Source: Paraphysomonas bandaiensis (taxonomy: Eukaryota > Protista > Chrysophyceae). Taken from it: DNA of 64,000 nucleotides. Below are positions 1 through 9,543 of the stretch, piece by piece. The notes below the pieces were generated by a model. The model was not told the origin of the DNA. It was given only the letters and a program-made list of their open reading frames with translations, and did not search any database. The position numbers were made by a program, and so were the translations under genes. The DNA is taken from contig CBFFRP010000377.1 in assembly GCA_965644295.1 (NCBI GenBank), positions 1 through 64,000 of the forward strand, read 5' to 3'. Position 1 is the stretch's first letter; each line of letters starts with the position of its first letter.

Positions 1-2
1 AG

Positions 3-242
3 GACAAGAGTTGCAAATTTTCTCATGATAAAGAAATTCTTAAGGAAACACTGCGAGCTATGAATGCCAGGTTTGGAATTAAGGAAATGCCGACTAGGAC
101 TTCGCCTTGGCCTCAACAAAGGACTCCGAAAGAGAGTGTTCCTTGGTACCAGAGGAAACTAGGAAACGAGAAAGGGGATGTGCGAATGCTTGTGCGAGAA
201 CAAGAGGACCAGGGAGACACAGATCCTATTGATGATCTTTGA
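3..242 (+). CDS. Gypsy gag C-terminus (partial)
   Basis: Frame open from window start (DKSCKFSHDKEIL...) to TGA at 240-242; same frame as pol. Confidence 0.7.
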   Translation, partial: DKSCKFSHDKEILKETLRAMNARFGIKEMPTRTSPWPQQRTPKESVPWYQRKLGNEKGDVRMLVREQEDQGDTDPIDDL

Positions 243-3200
243 TCGGGTTCTACTTATCATGCTGCCCAGTTGTATAAGATGTCTACCAGCAAATACTGGA
301 GAGCAGCACACAGAGAAGGGATTATAATAAATAATGATAATGATGAAATTGTAGTGGATGTAGCTTTATTTGACTCGGGATCGAGCAATGATAATTTTAT
401 TTCTAAGGAGTATTTGGATGAAGTTGGAGAAAAGTTAAAAAAGCATTTAGTGGAAAGGCCAATTCGAGTGAGAGTAGCCAATGGTAAAGAAGTTCAGATA
501 AAGGGATATGTTCCTGTTACAATGCAGTTTAAGGATTGCGAAAAGATCTACAGTGCTGAGCTAAAGCTGTATGTGTTGGATGGATTGACTAAAGAAGTTA
601 TAATCGGTTTGCCAGCTATATGCGAGCACTTCGCAGAATTGTTTTGTAAAATGGTTCAGTCTACAAGTGATGCGAATTCGGGTGATACTATAATGCATCT
701 AAACTTGCTTGCTGGCGTGGAGTGTCAAATTAACTATTCGATAGATGATTTCGAAACTGACTATAACAAAATTACTAAAGTTCCTACACGAGTGCCATGG
801 GGGAAGCCTAATGCAGGGGTTGCTCCGGAAGATGAGTTGATGCCAGAACCTTGTTCATTTGGTGGACTTATAAATTTTATGGAGATGTCAGTGGAAGAGG
901 CTGAGCAAGAGTACTTGAGCAAGTTGGAGGAGCGAATTCATCCTGAATTTGCGAAGCAGACAAAAGTTTTAGAGCTGTTGAGGACACTTGGAATGGAAGT
1001 ATTTGTACCTAAAAAGTGGACTGGAATCAAGATGACGCCACTTAAACTCAAATGCAAGTCTACAATTCCAGATCGGATTAAACCGAAAAATATGCGAAGG
1101 GTTCCTCCGAAATTGTACGATCGGACCAAGCAGGAGTTTGAAAGAATGTTAAAGTATTTCTACAAAAAGAGTATGAGTCCATACGCTTCGCCTATTGTAG
1201 TTGCACCAAAGGCAACGAAACCTTTCATTAGGATATGTGGAGACTATCGCGTTGTCAATCTTGAGATGGAGAGTCCACACTTCCCGATTCCTGATGTAAT
1301 CAAAGAGTTGCACAAGGCTGCAGGATATAAGGTTTTTGTTGACTTAGACATATGCAATGCATTTCATGGCATACCTCTGGATGAAAATACGTCAGCATTG
1401 TTGTCTGTACAAACACCGTGGGGCCAATTTGAGCCGAAGTTCTTGCCAGAAGGAGTGTCTCCGGCTAGTGGGGTGTTGATGATGGTAATGTCAGAGATAT
1501 TCAGTGATTATACCGAATGGATGATTGTCATATTTGATAATATGCTGATATTAGCGAACGATTATAATGATGCGTACACCAAATTGGAATTGGTTCTAAT
1601 ACGTTGCAAAGAATACAATGTGGTGTTGAAGTTATCTAAGAGTAAGTTCGGATATTCTTCGGTGGAGTTCTTTGGATATTTGTGTCAGGATAATACCTAT
1701 GCGCTGACGCAGGAACGAAAAGAATCTGTAAATTCAATTATATTTCCAGAAGGTGCAAATAAAACTAAACAAATGCAACGGTTTTTGGGAGCTGCAGTGT
1801 ATTTCAAACCATTTATAGTGGACTACAGTCAGTTAACGCATCGGCTCAATGATATGACTAAAAAGGATTTTGATTGGACAGAAGCAAATTGGAAAGTAGA
1901 CTATAGGAATGAGTTTGAAACGTTCAAAAAGGCCATACTAAAGTCTCTTACCTTGTATCACCCAGATTACAATTTGCGATGGTTGTTAATGACTGATGCT
2001 TCAGACTATGCCTGTGGTGGAGTGTTAATTCAGATTGCAATTTCAGATGAGGGTGTAGAATTGTTTCAAGTCATTGCATTGATATCGAAGAAGTTTACCG
2101 CCAATGCAATGAAATGGTCTATCATTGATAAGGAGTGTTTCGGAGCGTTTTACAGCATCTATAAACTGTCGTATTACGTGCGGGGCAAACACTTTACACT
2201 TCTTACTGATCATGCTAATCTGAAGTGGATGGAGCAATCAGAGGTGGATCGTATTGTACGTATGCGTGTGTATATGCAGAATTTTCAGTTTGACTTATTA
2301 CACTTCAAAGGCAAACTGAATAAATTTGCAGATTGGTTGTCTCGCCAAGGTGCTGCTGATGATGCAGTCGCTCTGGTTTCAGTTTTGGATTCATGTATAA
2401 ACTGTGCAGAGGAGAGTGAAATGCCTGAACTGAACTGTATATATGAGAACGGGTGTTTATTGTCAGATGATGAAATATTTAACATAGAGAGCACAACAGA
2501 GCCAGATGTCATAGATATGTTGTGTATGTCTGTATTTCCGGAATCAGTGTTGCTGGATTTAGAGGAGCTGATTCAGGAGAGCCCAAAGCCTCGTTCAGCA
2601 AAGGAAGCCTTCGACATGGTACACAATGGTCGAATGGGACACCATGGATTGCGTAGAACATGGTTAAAATTATGCAAAGTCTTTCCTGGACATGGTATCT
2701 CTATAGAGACTGTACGTAACTTTATTGATGAGTGCGCTTTATGTCAGAAGTTGAACAGTGGTATGTCCGATTCGTTACAAGCGCCTGTCAGAGCTTTGGA
2801 TGCAGAACATTGCAGACATTTTGTGGGTTTCGACACACTTACAGTCAGTCCTCCTGATGCTCAGGGACACTGTTGCATACATGTTGTGAAGCAAATGCCA
2901 GCCCGATTGATAGGACTCTACCCAGCTAAGGACTATAGAGCGGAAGGAGTTGCTAGAGCGTTGTTTCATTACTTTGTTACTTATGGAATTTCAGAAGTAC
3001 TGATTTCAGACCCTGGGTCAAACATTACTGCTGAAGTGGTACAGTTATTGTTGAAGTGGTTTGGAGTTCGATTTCGAGTGTCATTAACTAATCGTCATGA
3101 GTCCAACATGGTCGAGCGATCTCATCGAGAGCTGTTGCGATTTCTACAGGGTTTAGTCCACGATGAGAGGTTGCAAGATTCATGGGGGGACATTGAGTGT

Positions 3201-4217
3201 TACATGTTGATTCAGTTCATTTTGAATGATGAAGTCAGTAGTGAGACTGGACTCTCTCCTTTTCAATATGTGTTTGGTACCGTTGATATTCCATATTTTC
3301 GGTTGGGTGAACTGACTATGGATGAGTCTTCTGCTGCGGGTTACGTGTCTATTTTGAATGAGAACTTACAGAAGATTCGAGCGGTTGCCATGGATGTTCA
3401 GCGCAAGATCCAAGACAAGCGCAAGTCTGCCACGCCTGCACATACTTTGAACGAATATCAGCCTGGTGATTTAGTTTTGTTGCGGCTGGATCCAACTCAA
3501 CATAAGCCCAGCAAATTGTACCCTCGTTTCAAAGGTCCTTACGAAGTGGTATCCACGTATAAGGCTGATGTCACATGCATGCATGTTGTGATGCGTTTTG
3601 AAGTTGTGTTGCACATGTCATGGCTCAAACCGTTCTTTGGTACGCCTGAGCAGGCATATCGTGTTGCGCAAATTGATTTTAACCAGTATACTGTGGTTGC
3701 TGTGATTGCATACCGAGGAGATCCGGAGGTTCGTTCTCGAATGGAATTCCAAGTTCAGTTTGAGGATGGTTCGTTATTATGGCTTCCATGGTCACAGGAT
3801 ATCGCTTCCACCTCGCAATTTCAGTCGTTCTGTGAGCAGAAACCTCAATTGTTCCCTCTGTTGTTTTCTGCTGCTATGGCAAAATCTGAACGTGCACGTT
3901 TGAAACGTATTCCTATTGAAGGGGTGTCACCTGGTCAAACAATTTATGTAGATTTGCGTGCATGGGGTTCAGATTTCTATGATGAACTTAATCTGCCGAA
4001 TTGTTATACAACGATGTATGTTGTCGAATGTTCTTATGTGCGGTGGGCTGGCCGTCGCCAGTTACGTATAGACCTCTATTGCCCTTTGTTTCAATCTACA
4101 TATGAATGGAGTGCCTATGACGTTCACTGCTATGGTCGAGTCACGGAATTTGATCCTTCTACTATGGTATTGGTGGATGCTGCATTCTGCCAACAATATC
4201 CTAATATTCTCCTCTAA
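243..4217 (+). CDS. Gypsy pol polyprotein: aspartic protease, RT, RNase H, integrase, chromodomain, extra C-terminal domain
   Basis: ALFDSGS protease; RICGDYR / DLDICNAF / IFDN RT; TDASD..DKE..TDH..ADWLSR RNase H; HHCC, D-D-E and GPY integrase; chromo-like YTVVAVIAYRG..EFQVQF..WLPW; no stop from 243 to 4214. Confidence 0.95.
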   Translation, partial: SGSTYHAAQLYKMSTSKYWRAAHREGIIINNDNDEIVVDVALFDSGSSNDNFISKEYLDEVGEKLKKHLVERPIRVRVANGKEVQIKGYVPVTMQFKDCEKIYSAELKLYVLDGLTKEVIIGLPAICEHFAELFCKMVQSTSDANSGDTIMHLNLLAGVECQINYSIDDFETDYNKITKVPTRVPWGKPNAGVAPEDELMPEPCSFGGLINFMEMSVEEAEQEYLSKLEERIHPEFAKQTKVLELLRTLGMEVFVPKKWTGIKMTPLKLKCKSTIPDRIKPKNMRRVPPKLYDRTKQEFERMLKYFYKKSMSPYASPIVVAPKATKPFIRICGDYRVVNLEMESPHFPIPDVIKELHKAAGYKVFVDLDICNAFHGIPLDENTSALLSVQTPWGQFEPKFLPEGVSPASGVLMMVMSEIFSDYTEWMIVIFDNMLILANDYNDAYTKLELVLIRCKEYNVVLKLSKSKFGYSSVEFFGYLCQDNTYALTQERKESVNSIIFPEGANKTKQMQRFLGAAVYFKPFIVDYSQLTHRLNDMTKKDFDWTEANWKVDYRNEFETFKKAILKSLTLYHPDYNLRWLLMTDASDYACGGVLIQIAISDEGVELFQVIALISKKFTANAMKWSIIDKECFGAFYSIYKLSYYVRGKHFTLLTDHANLKWMEQSEVDRIVRMRVYMQNFQFDLLHFKGKLNKFADWLSRQGAADDAVALVSVLDSCINCAEESEMPELNCIYENGCLLSDDEIFNIESTTEPDVIDMLCMSVFPESVLLDLEELIQESPKPRSAKEAFDMVHNGRMGHHGLRRTWLKLCKVFPGHGISIETVRNFIDECALCQKLNSGMSDSLQAPVRALDAEHCRHFVGFDTLTVSPPDAQGHCCIHVVKQMPARLIGLYPAKDYRAEGVARALFHYFVTYGISEVLISDPGSNITAEVVQLLLKWFGVRFRVSLTNRHESNMVERSHRELLRFLQGLVHDERLQDSWGDIECYMLIQFILNDEVSSETGLSPFQYVFGTVDIPYFRLGELTMDESSAAGYVSILNENLQKIRAVAMDVQRKIQDKRKSATPAHTLNEYQPGDLVLLRLDPTQHKPSKLYPRFKGPYEVVSTYKADVTCMHVVMRFEVVLHMSWLKPFFGTPEQAYRVAQIDFNQYTVVAVIAYRGDPEVRSRMEFQVQFEDGSLLWLPWSQDIASTSQFQSFCEQKPQLFPLLFSAAMAKSERARLKRIPIEGVSPGQTIYVDLRAWGSDFYDELNLPNCYTTMYVVECSYVRWAGRRQLRIDLYCPLFQSTYEWSAYDVHCYGRVTEFDPSTMVLVDAAFCQQYPNILL

Positions 4218-4447
4218 TTGTTGATTACTTTTATTTATTTAATATTTCATGATTATATCATATATATATTATAACATTCATACTATTATTCATACTTATT
4301 ATCATAATATTGCTCTACGTATGTTTATTACTTTTATTTCATGAATTGGATTTTTATTTGCTAATGCTTGGAATGACGCTTTATTGGCTGATACAAGTAT
4401 TACTTCTATCTATCCCAGATATGTATTCTTATTTCTTTTCTCTAGCT

Positions 4448-4461
4448 GGAGGGAGAAGGGG
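4448..4461 (+). other. Polypurine tract of Gypsy element
   Basis: GGAGGGAGAAGGGG ending 3 nt before the LTR TG. Confidence 0.85.
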
Positions 4462-4464
4462 TAG

Positions 4465-4851
4465 TGTCACGCATACCTGTAGTTACTGTTATACGTGGAG
4501 TTATACTGTGTTATACTGCGGTACTCTAGGTAGCATGCTGTTGTACTTTCATTTTCAGTTTATTTAGTATACATTGCGGTTACTGTATTCTTGAAGGGAT
4601 ATAAGTCCCGTATAACTACAAGTATGATACTGTAAACTGTAGATGATTCACAGCAAGATAGAGTGTTGTATGTTTTCACTTCTTTCTTTACACGTTTTAA
4701 CGTAATTTAATTCATTCTATACTCGCGGTTTGCTTGTGTTAGGAGGCAGTTTCACCGGTTTGGTGTTCTGGACAGTGTATTCTCGGTTTGGGAAGCACTT
4801 TAAATTAATAAAAACGTTGTAAACACGGTCTTTCTCATCAGAAAGATTACA
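4465..4851 (+). repeat. Gypsy 3' LTR (387 bp)
   Basis: Starts TGTCAC after the PPT and ends GATTACA; TATA-like ~4600 and AATAAA ~4807; abrupt AT-to-GC switch at 4852 where the endonuclease coding is cut. Confidence 0.8.
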
Positions 4852-6033
4852 TGTGCAGTCGGTGCTCGTGCGGCGAATGCTTCCCTTCCATGCCTCGCTG
4901 ACCACTGCGATAGTTCCTCCCATATGCGGGTCATGGGGGCCGAGTTTCTTCGTTGTGTTGAGGAAGTTGCATACAAGTACCCCTGGTAGTTGGTCCTGGA
5001 TGTATTCAGCGAGATATGCTGCCTGATGTTGTGACAGACGGACATCAAGCAGGTACAGGCAATCGATGTGCTGCGTGCGAATGTAGTGAAGGATGGCCTC
5101 TATTTTTCCCGGATTGCTGGAGGGGTTACCATTAACATTCCATGTGGAGAAAGTGAAAGTCGTGGTAGGTGTAAGGGGGTTGCAATCCGACGCCGAGGAT
5201 GCGGTTGTGGTGTGTGCGTGTGGGAGCTTGCTGTCGAGGAGGTCTTGCCATTCCTGCGCGCTGAGTTCAACATCTTCGGCGTAGGCCTCTCGCGCTTGAT
5301 GGAGGATCTCGAGCGGCCACTTAGGGTCTTGCCAGTATCGGTACCCGTAGTTTACGAGTAGTTCTTCGTGTGTGGTGATGTTTCTCGTGGCTCTAATGTA
5401 GATTCGACCGTTCGTCGTGTGGAATTCTACGTTAGCAGCCCTGAACTGCAATGGGTCGTTGATGTATCCTGCTGCGCAGAGTATTGTTTTGCTTCGTTTG
5501 TCCCTTGCGTCTATTGCAAATGTGCCCTGCGCATCTTGGACAAGATAGTCCGAGACGTACTCGGTGGACCGTGCTGTTTTGATGGGCATGCGATAGCCGG
5601 TGTACTCCGAGATGATGGCCTGGGCAGGGATTGGCTCTCCGGCGTACAGAGCAGTACCTTTAAGAGGGGTGTCAGCGGGACCCACGAGAACTTTGTGGTT
5701 GAGCGTTGGGTCCCACGTGAGCGGTCTTGGGGGGTGAGCCGAGTTTAGTAGGGTGTTGAAGTGGGCTTTTGGACGGTAGACGGCATGTGTCTGAACTTCG
5801 TCCAGGACTTCGGCGTAGGAGCGTGTATAGTTTGCTTTCCGGGCAGGCTGCTTCCTCGTGGGGGCTGGTGTTAGGGTGCGTGTTTTCCTGGTGGTGGTTC
5901 TCCGTTCTCCAGAGGTGGGTCTGGGGTGGGGGAGATGGGGTGATTCAGGGGATATGGCGGGTTCTGCTGTTGTGTATGGGTTGCGTTGGGAGTAGGTGTC
6001 ACAGGGCTCTGTGGGCGTGGGTTGCCTCACCAT
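4852..6033 (-). pseudogene. SET-domain methyltransferase (~5330-5680) followed by N-terminal part of an AP-endonuclease (EEP) domain (~4852-5156)
   Basis: KGTALYAGEPIP..SEYTG..AIDA..GYINDP..NVEF..IRATRNI..EELLVNYGYRYW; TFSTWNVNG..IDCLYLLDVR; the ORF tail 4717-4851 is read-through into the LTR. Confidence 0.8.
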
Positions 6034-6260
6034 CCCTTCTGACCGTCCAGGGGTCCGGACCTGGCGACATAGCGCTTTTATTTGCCAGAGGTGGGTCTGG
6101 GGTGGGGGAGATGGGGTGATTCAGGGGATGTGGCGGGTTCTGCTGTTGTGTATGGGTTGCGTTGGGAGTAGGTGTCACAGGGCTCTGTGGGCGTGGGTTG
6201 CCTCACCATCCCTTCTGACCGTCCAGGGGTCCGGACCTGGCGACATAGCGCTTTTATTTG
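5909..6260. repeat. 176-bp tandem duplication (5909-6084, 6085-6260)
   Basis: Two adjacent copies, one substitution seen (gatatggcgg vs gatgtggcgg); length is not a multiple of 3. Confidence 0.95.
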
Positions 6261-6741
6261 GTGCTCCATGTGAATGAGTGCATTATCGAGATTGGCTGCG
6301 AGGCCTGCTGGGTTGAGGAGGGAGTAGTGTGCATCGTGTAGGACAATGTGAGGGTGGTCTGTTAGGATGGCTTCCCTGAGCTCCTGCGACGCCCATGCGG
6401 GGCGATGTGCGGTAGCGTCGGTCGGGATGCCGACGATCCGTATGGTCTCGCCGTCTGTTGCCCAGGTGGTTACAGGGGTGAGGAGCATGGCTATGGAGTG
6501 TATCTCACTAACTGATAACCAATGGCGGACGTCTTCAGCGCTGGTGTAGGTGTGTTGATGCTTGTGGATGAGGGCTGTGTGGGCGTGGTGTAGCTTGGCT
6601 ATGGTGGGACCTGTGCAATTGCCCTGGATGTTTTGCAAGAGGTTCTGGATCCACTGGCCAGCGTGGGTCCTGTGGTCATGGCTTCGGAAGTCGAGCTCCC
6701 AGTACGTGGCTGAGGGTTTTGTTTGTTTGTAGCATGTGGAG

Positions 6742-9543
6742 TCAATGTAAGGTACCGTACGCACAGTAGCCATCAGTGGGTATAGGGTGGGCAGTTTGTA
6801 TGTCGGTGATCGGTATGTGGAGTCGGAAAATGCGGCCTGCATTCTGCATTGCGGTGCGCGTGGATATGGGGCACTCAGCGTTCCGATGTTGGACTGTGAT
6901 CTCTCTGATGCCGCGCTGTGAGGTTGCTATTGTTACCGCCCCATCAGTGTGCGTGACAAAGGTGGGGGCGGCATGGGTAGTGTCTGCATGTGTGGTAGTG
7001 TCGTCGGGAAGATTGTGCGTGTGTTGCTTAGGCCGGACTTCAGGTGCCGGCGTGTGCTCGTCGTGAATGGGTGTGTTGCTTAGCCGATGTGGTCGGTGGT
7101 CTGGGTGACTGGGGCGTGCCGTGACTGCGCATGTTGTGAGGTCCGTAGCGTGTGGCTGTGTAGTCCTCTGTGCTTGATGGAGGAATCGGGAGAGTGCCAA
7201 CTGGGCACGTCGGTGCGCGTCTTCAAGTTTGGATTCGATGTCGGGTGTTCGTAGGAGGAAGTAATGTGTGTTAGTGGTAGCAACGTTGTGTGTGGGCTCG
7301 GTCATGGGGGTGTGGCTGTGGTGATTGAGTAGCATGACCCAGCCACTACAGAGGGAGCCTGAATTTCCGTCCCAGAGTCGAATGTTGATACGAAGAAGGT
7401 GGAGCAGTGTTTTGAAATCAGTGATCTTCATGTGATGGTCTGCAGAAAGTACACATCGTTGAGGGGGCATGGTGGTTAGGGCCTTGTGCGCGGATTTAAG
7501 GATGCTGAGTAGGCGGTGCGTGTGTGCCTGTCCGGATGCAAGGCAGAGTCGTTGGAGATATGTGATGAACTTATGCAGTTCTTTTGCATCATCAGCAGTT
7601 TGGAGGGGGGCTTTGGGGTAGTCTCCTGGCGAGGGGGAGTTGTGAAGTTGGTACGCGGTTGCGAGGGGGCCTAGGCCGCGCTCTATCGTGGCTCTGTAGT
7701 CAGCCTCCCAGTCGAAGTTGGCGACTCGAATGTAGTTTGCATCGTCGTGTATGATGTGGAATAGTCGAGTCCAGTCAGTCGTGCCTGCCATGACGGTGTT
7801 GTGTACGTGGCAGAGCAGGTCTTCGCGTAGGGAGACTGCGACTCGGTTTGTGTTGTCGTATGATGCCCAGGCGTTTGCAAGTGAACTGGTGAACGGGGAC
7901 GCTCCTCGTCGGGCAGGCTGGGGTTGCGGTGTCAAGGGGGGTGTTGTCGCGCGTGGGGTTGCCCTGTCTTGCGTAAGAGGTGTTAGTTCCGGGGTGTTTT
8001 CTTGTGGGTTTTGATCTGTGGGCGGGAGTGTACGTGAATCGTTGGGGGTGAACCGGGCGGAGGGCTTGGACTGCGGGATGGGTGGAAAGTAGTCAGCTAG
8101 CGTCAAGCCGCGATTGCATCGCCTGGGGGGGTGTACCGCAGTTTCTGGAGCTGTCAAGGTGGTGGTATCATCGGCTTGGTGGGTTTTTCCTGGGGATGTG
8201 GGTTGTCGGGTCACATTCGGGGGTTTGCGTGGTCGTCGCTTGGGCGGACCATCGCTGCTGTCGTCGCTGCTGTAACCAGGCCCAAATTGTCGTGGTCTGG
8301 GTCCATCTGCTGTCTTACAGGTGAAGAATTGGTCTAGCTCGCCTACATTCGGTAGTTCCAGTGCGTGTCCCGATAATCCCGCCACGGTGCATCCTTTGGA
8401 CGCCGGTCTTACATTGTTCAGTAGTCTTGGGTGTACTACCGAGACATCCGCCTGGTTGTCGAGTAATACCTCGTACCATTGGAATGGCTCGCTTCCTGAC
8501 GTGAAGGCGTTCAACATTGTTGTCGTGCAGTGCTTGTTTTCTGATTCTTGGCTACTGTCTGGGCATTCGTTCATTCTGTGGCCTGGCTCACCGCAGCCCC
8601 AACATATGAGCTGCCTTTTTTTCTGACCACGTTTGCTGTTGTGCGACTTCGTGTCGTTCCCTTGTTGCTGCTCTGGTGTATCATCGCTATCTGCTGATTT
8701 CTTGCCTTTGTCAGACTTCGATTTGCTCACGAATGCGGATCCGCCGCCTGCTCTCGTTGCTCTCTTCGGCGTTAGATATTTTGATGCTTTAGTATATATT
8801 TCATTCACATGCGTAGGTGCTGTTTGCGTTCCCATTGTTAGATCGTTGAGATAGCTAGTTTTGAACTCGCCATATCTCGTGTCGTCCAGCCCTTCGAAGA
8901 AATCCATCGCGATGTCCTCTTCATTCATTTCCGCGTTGTTCATGTCTTTGTAGGCTTCTAATAGATGATCAAACCTCTCCTTATAAGTAACTATACTCTC
9001 ATATGCTCCCTGTTTAGCGTCTTTGTACCTTTTCCTCGCTTCTGCTCGTACCACTGTACTTACGCTGGAGTTAGTGGATACTTTGTGGGTTTGTTTGATA
9101 GCCAGCCATAGTAGTAGAGGATCCTTAGTCCTGTTCATGAGCTCGTATTCATCTAATAGCTTGACTGCATCCATTGATTCGTGGCTCAGATGGTCTACCA
9201 TGAATGAGTAGAATGCCGATCTATCGTTCCGCATCTTGTCTATTAATCTCCCTCTGGTCTTGGTCTTGTCCTTCATCAGGTCGAGGTTAACTCCATAGGG
9301 GTCGTCTTCCAAATCAAAATCCTCTGGGTTTATCGCATCGGGCTCATAATATTTGTCCAGCTCTACTAGGCGTGCAAGATCACCGTACTTTTGCATGCCC
9401 ACCACTACAAGCCTCTGTTTGAATGTGGCGAAGTTCGAGTTGGCACCGTATCTTAAAGTCGGTACATGTTCTGGTCTATCGGTGCTCGGTTTCTTGCCGA
9501 ATCTTGCAAATCTTGTTGGCTTGTCGTTCGTTGTCTTCTTCAT
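6742..9543 (-). CDS. Chimeric ORF: Copia gag-protease fused in frame to Pro-rich linker and OTU-like domains
   Basis: 933-aa ORF; composition and codon usage switch near 8300 (FFTCKTAD|GPRPRQF). Confidence 0.7.
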   Translation of the reverse strand: MKKTTNDKPTRFARFGKKPSTDRPEHVPTLRYGANSNFATFKQRLVVVGMQKYGDLARLVELDKYYEPDAINPEDFDLEDDPYGVNLDLMKDKTKTRGRLIDKMRNDRSAFYSFMVDHLSHESMDAVKLLDEYELMNRTKDPLLLWLAIKQTHKVSTNSSVSTVVRAEARKRYKDAKQGAYESIVTYKERFDHLLEAYKDMNNAEMNEEDIAMDFFEGLDDTRYGEFKTSYLNDLTMGTQTAPTHVNEIYTKASKYLTPKRATRAGGGSAFVSKSKSDKGKKSADSDDTPEQQQGNDTKSHNSKRGQKKRQLICWGCGEPGHRMNECPDSSQESENKHCTTTMLNAFTSGSEPFQWYEVLLDNQADVSVVHPRLLNNVRPASKGCTVAGLSGHALELPNVGELDQFFTCKTADGPRPRQFGPGYSSDDSSDGPPKRRPRKPPNVTRQPTSPGKTHQADDTTTLTAPETAVHPPRRCNRGLTLADYFPPIPQSKPSARFTPNDSRTLPPTDQNPQENTPELTPLTQDRATPRATTPPLTPQPQPARRGASPFTSSLANAWASYDNTNRVAVSLREDLLCHVHNTVMAGTTDWTRLFHIIHDDANYIRVANFDWEADYRATIERGLGPLATAYQLHNSPSPGDYPKAPLQTADDAKELHKFITYLQRLCLASGQAHTHRLLSILKSAHKALTTMPPQRCVLSADHHMKITDFKTLLHLLRINIRLWDGNSGSLCSGWVMLLNHHSHTPMTEPTHNVATTNTHYFLLRTPDIESKLEDAHRRAQLALSRFLHQAQRTTQPHATDLTTCAVTARPSHPDHRPHRLSNTPIHDEHTPAPEVRPKQHTHNLPDDTTTHADTTHAAPTFVTHTDGAVTIATSQRGIREITVQHRNAECPISTRTAMQNAGRIFRLHIPITDIQTAHPIPTDGYCAYGTLH

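Larger units (their letters stand above)
1..4851 (+). mobile_element. Ty3/Gypsy (chromovirus-like) LTR retrotransposon, 5' part outside window
   Basis: gag C-terminus, pol in PR-RT-RH-IN-chromodomain order, polypurine tract and TG...CA 3' LTR. Confidence 0.95.
4852..8300 (-). mobile_element. LINE-like element fragment encoding pseudo-OTU, OTU-like protease, SET domain and AP-endonuclease (disrupted)
   Basis: GC-rich, Thr/His/Pro-rich coding; DGYC...HY motifs; SET motifs EYTG, IDA, YIND, ELLVNYG; EEP start FSTWNVNG; truncated by Gypsy LTR. Confidence 0.75.

Noticed and set aside
4717-4851. C-terminus of the 438-aa SET/APE ORF
   Set aside because: Chance read-through into the reverse strand of the Gypsy LTR.
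4852-8300. Helentron interpretation of OTU/SET/APE
   Set aside because: No Rep or helicase between SET and APE; disfavoured but not excluded.
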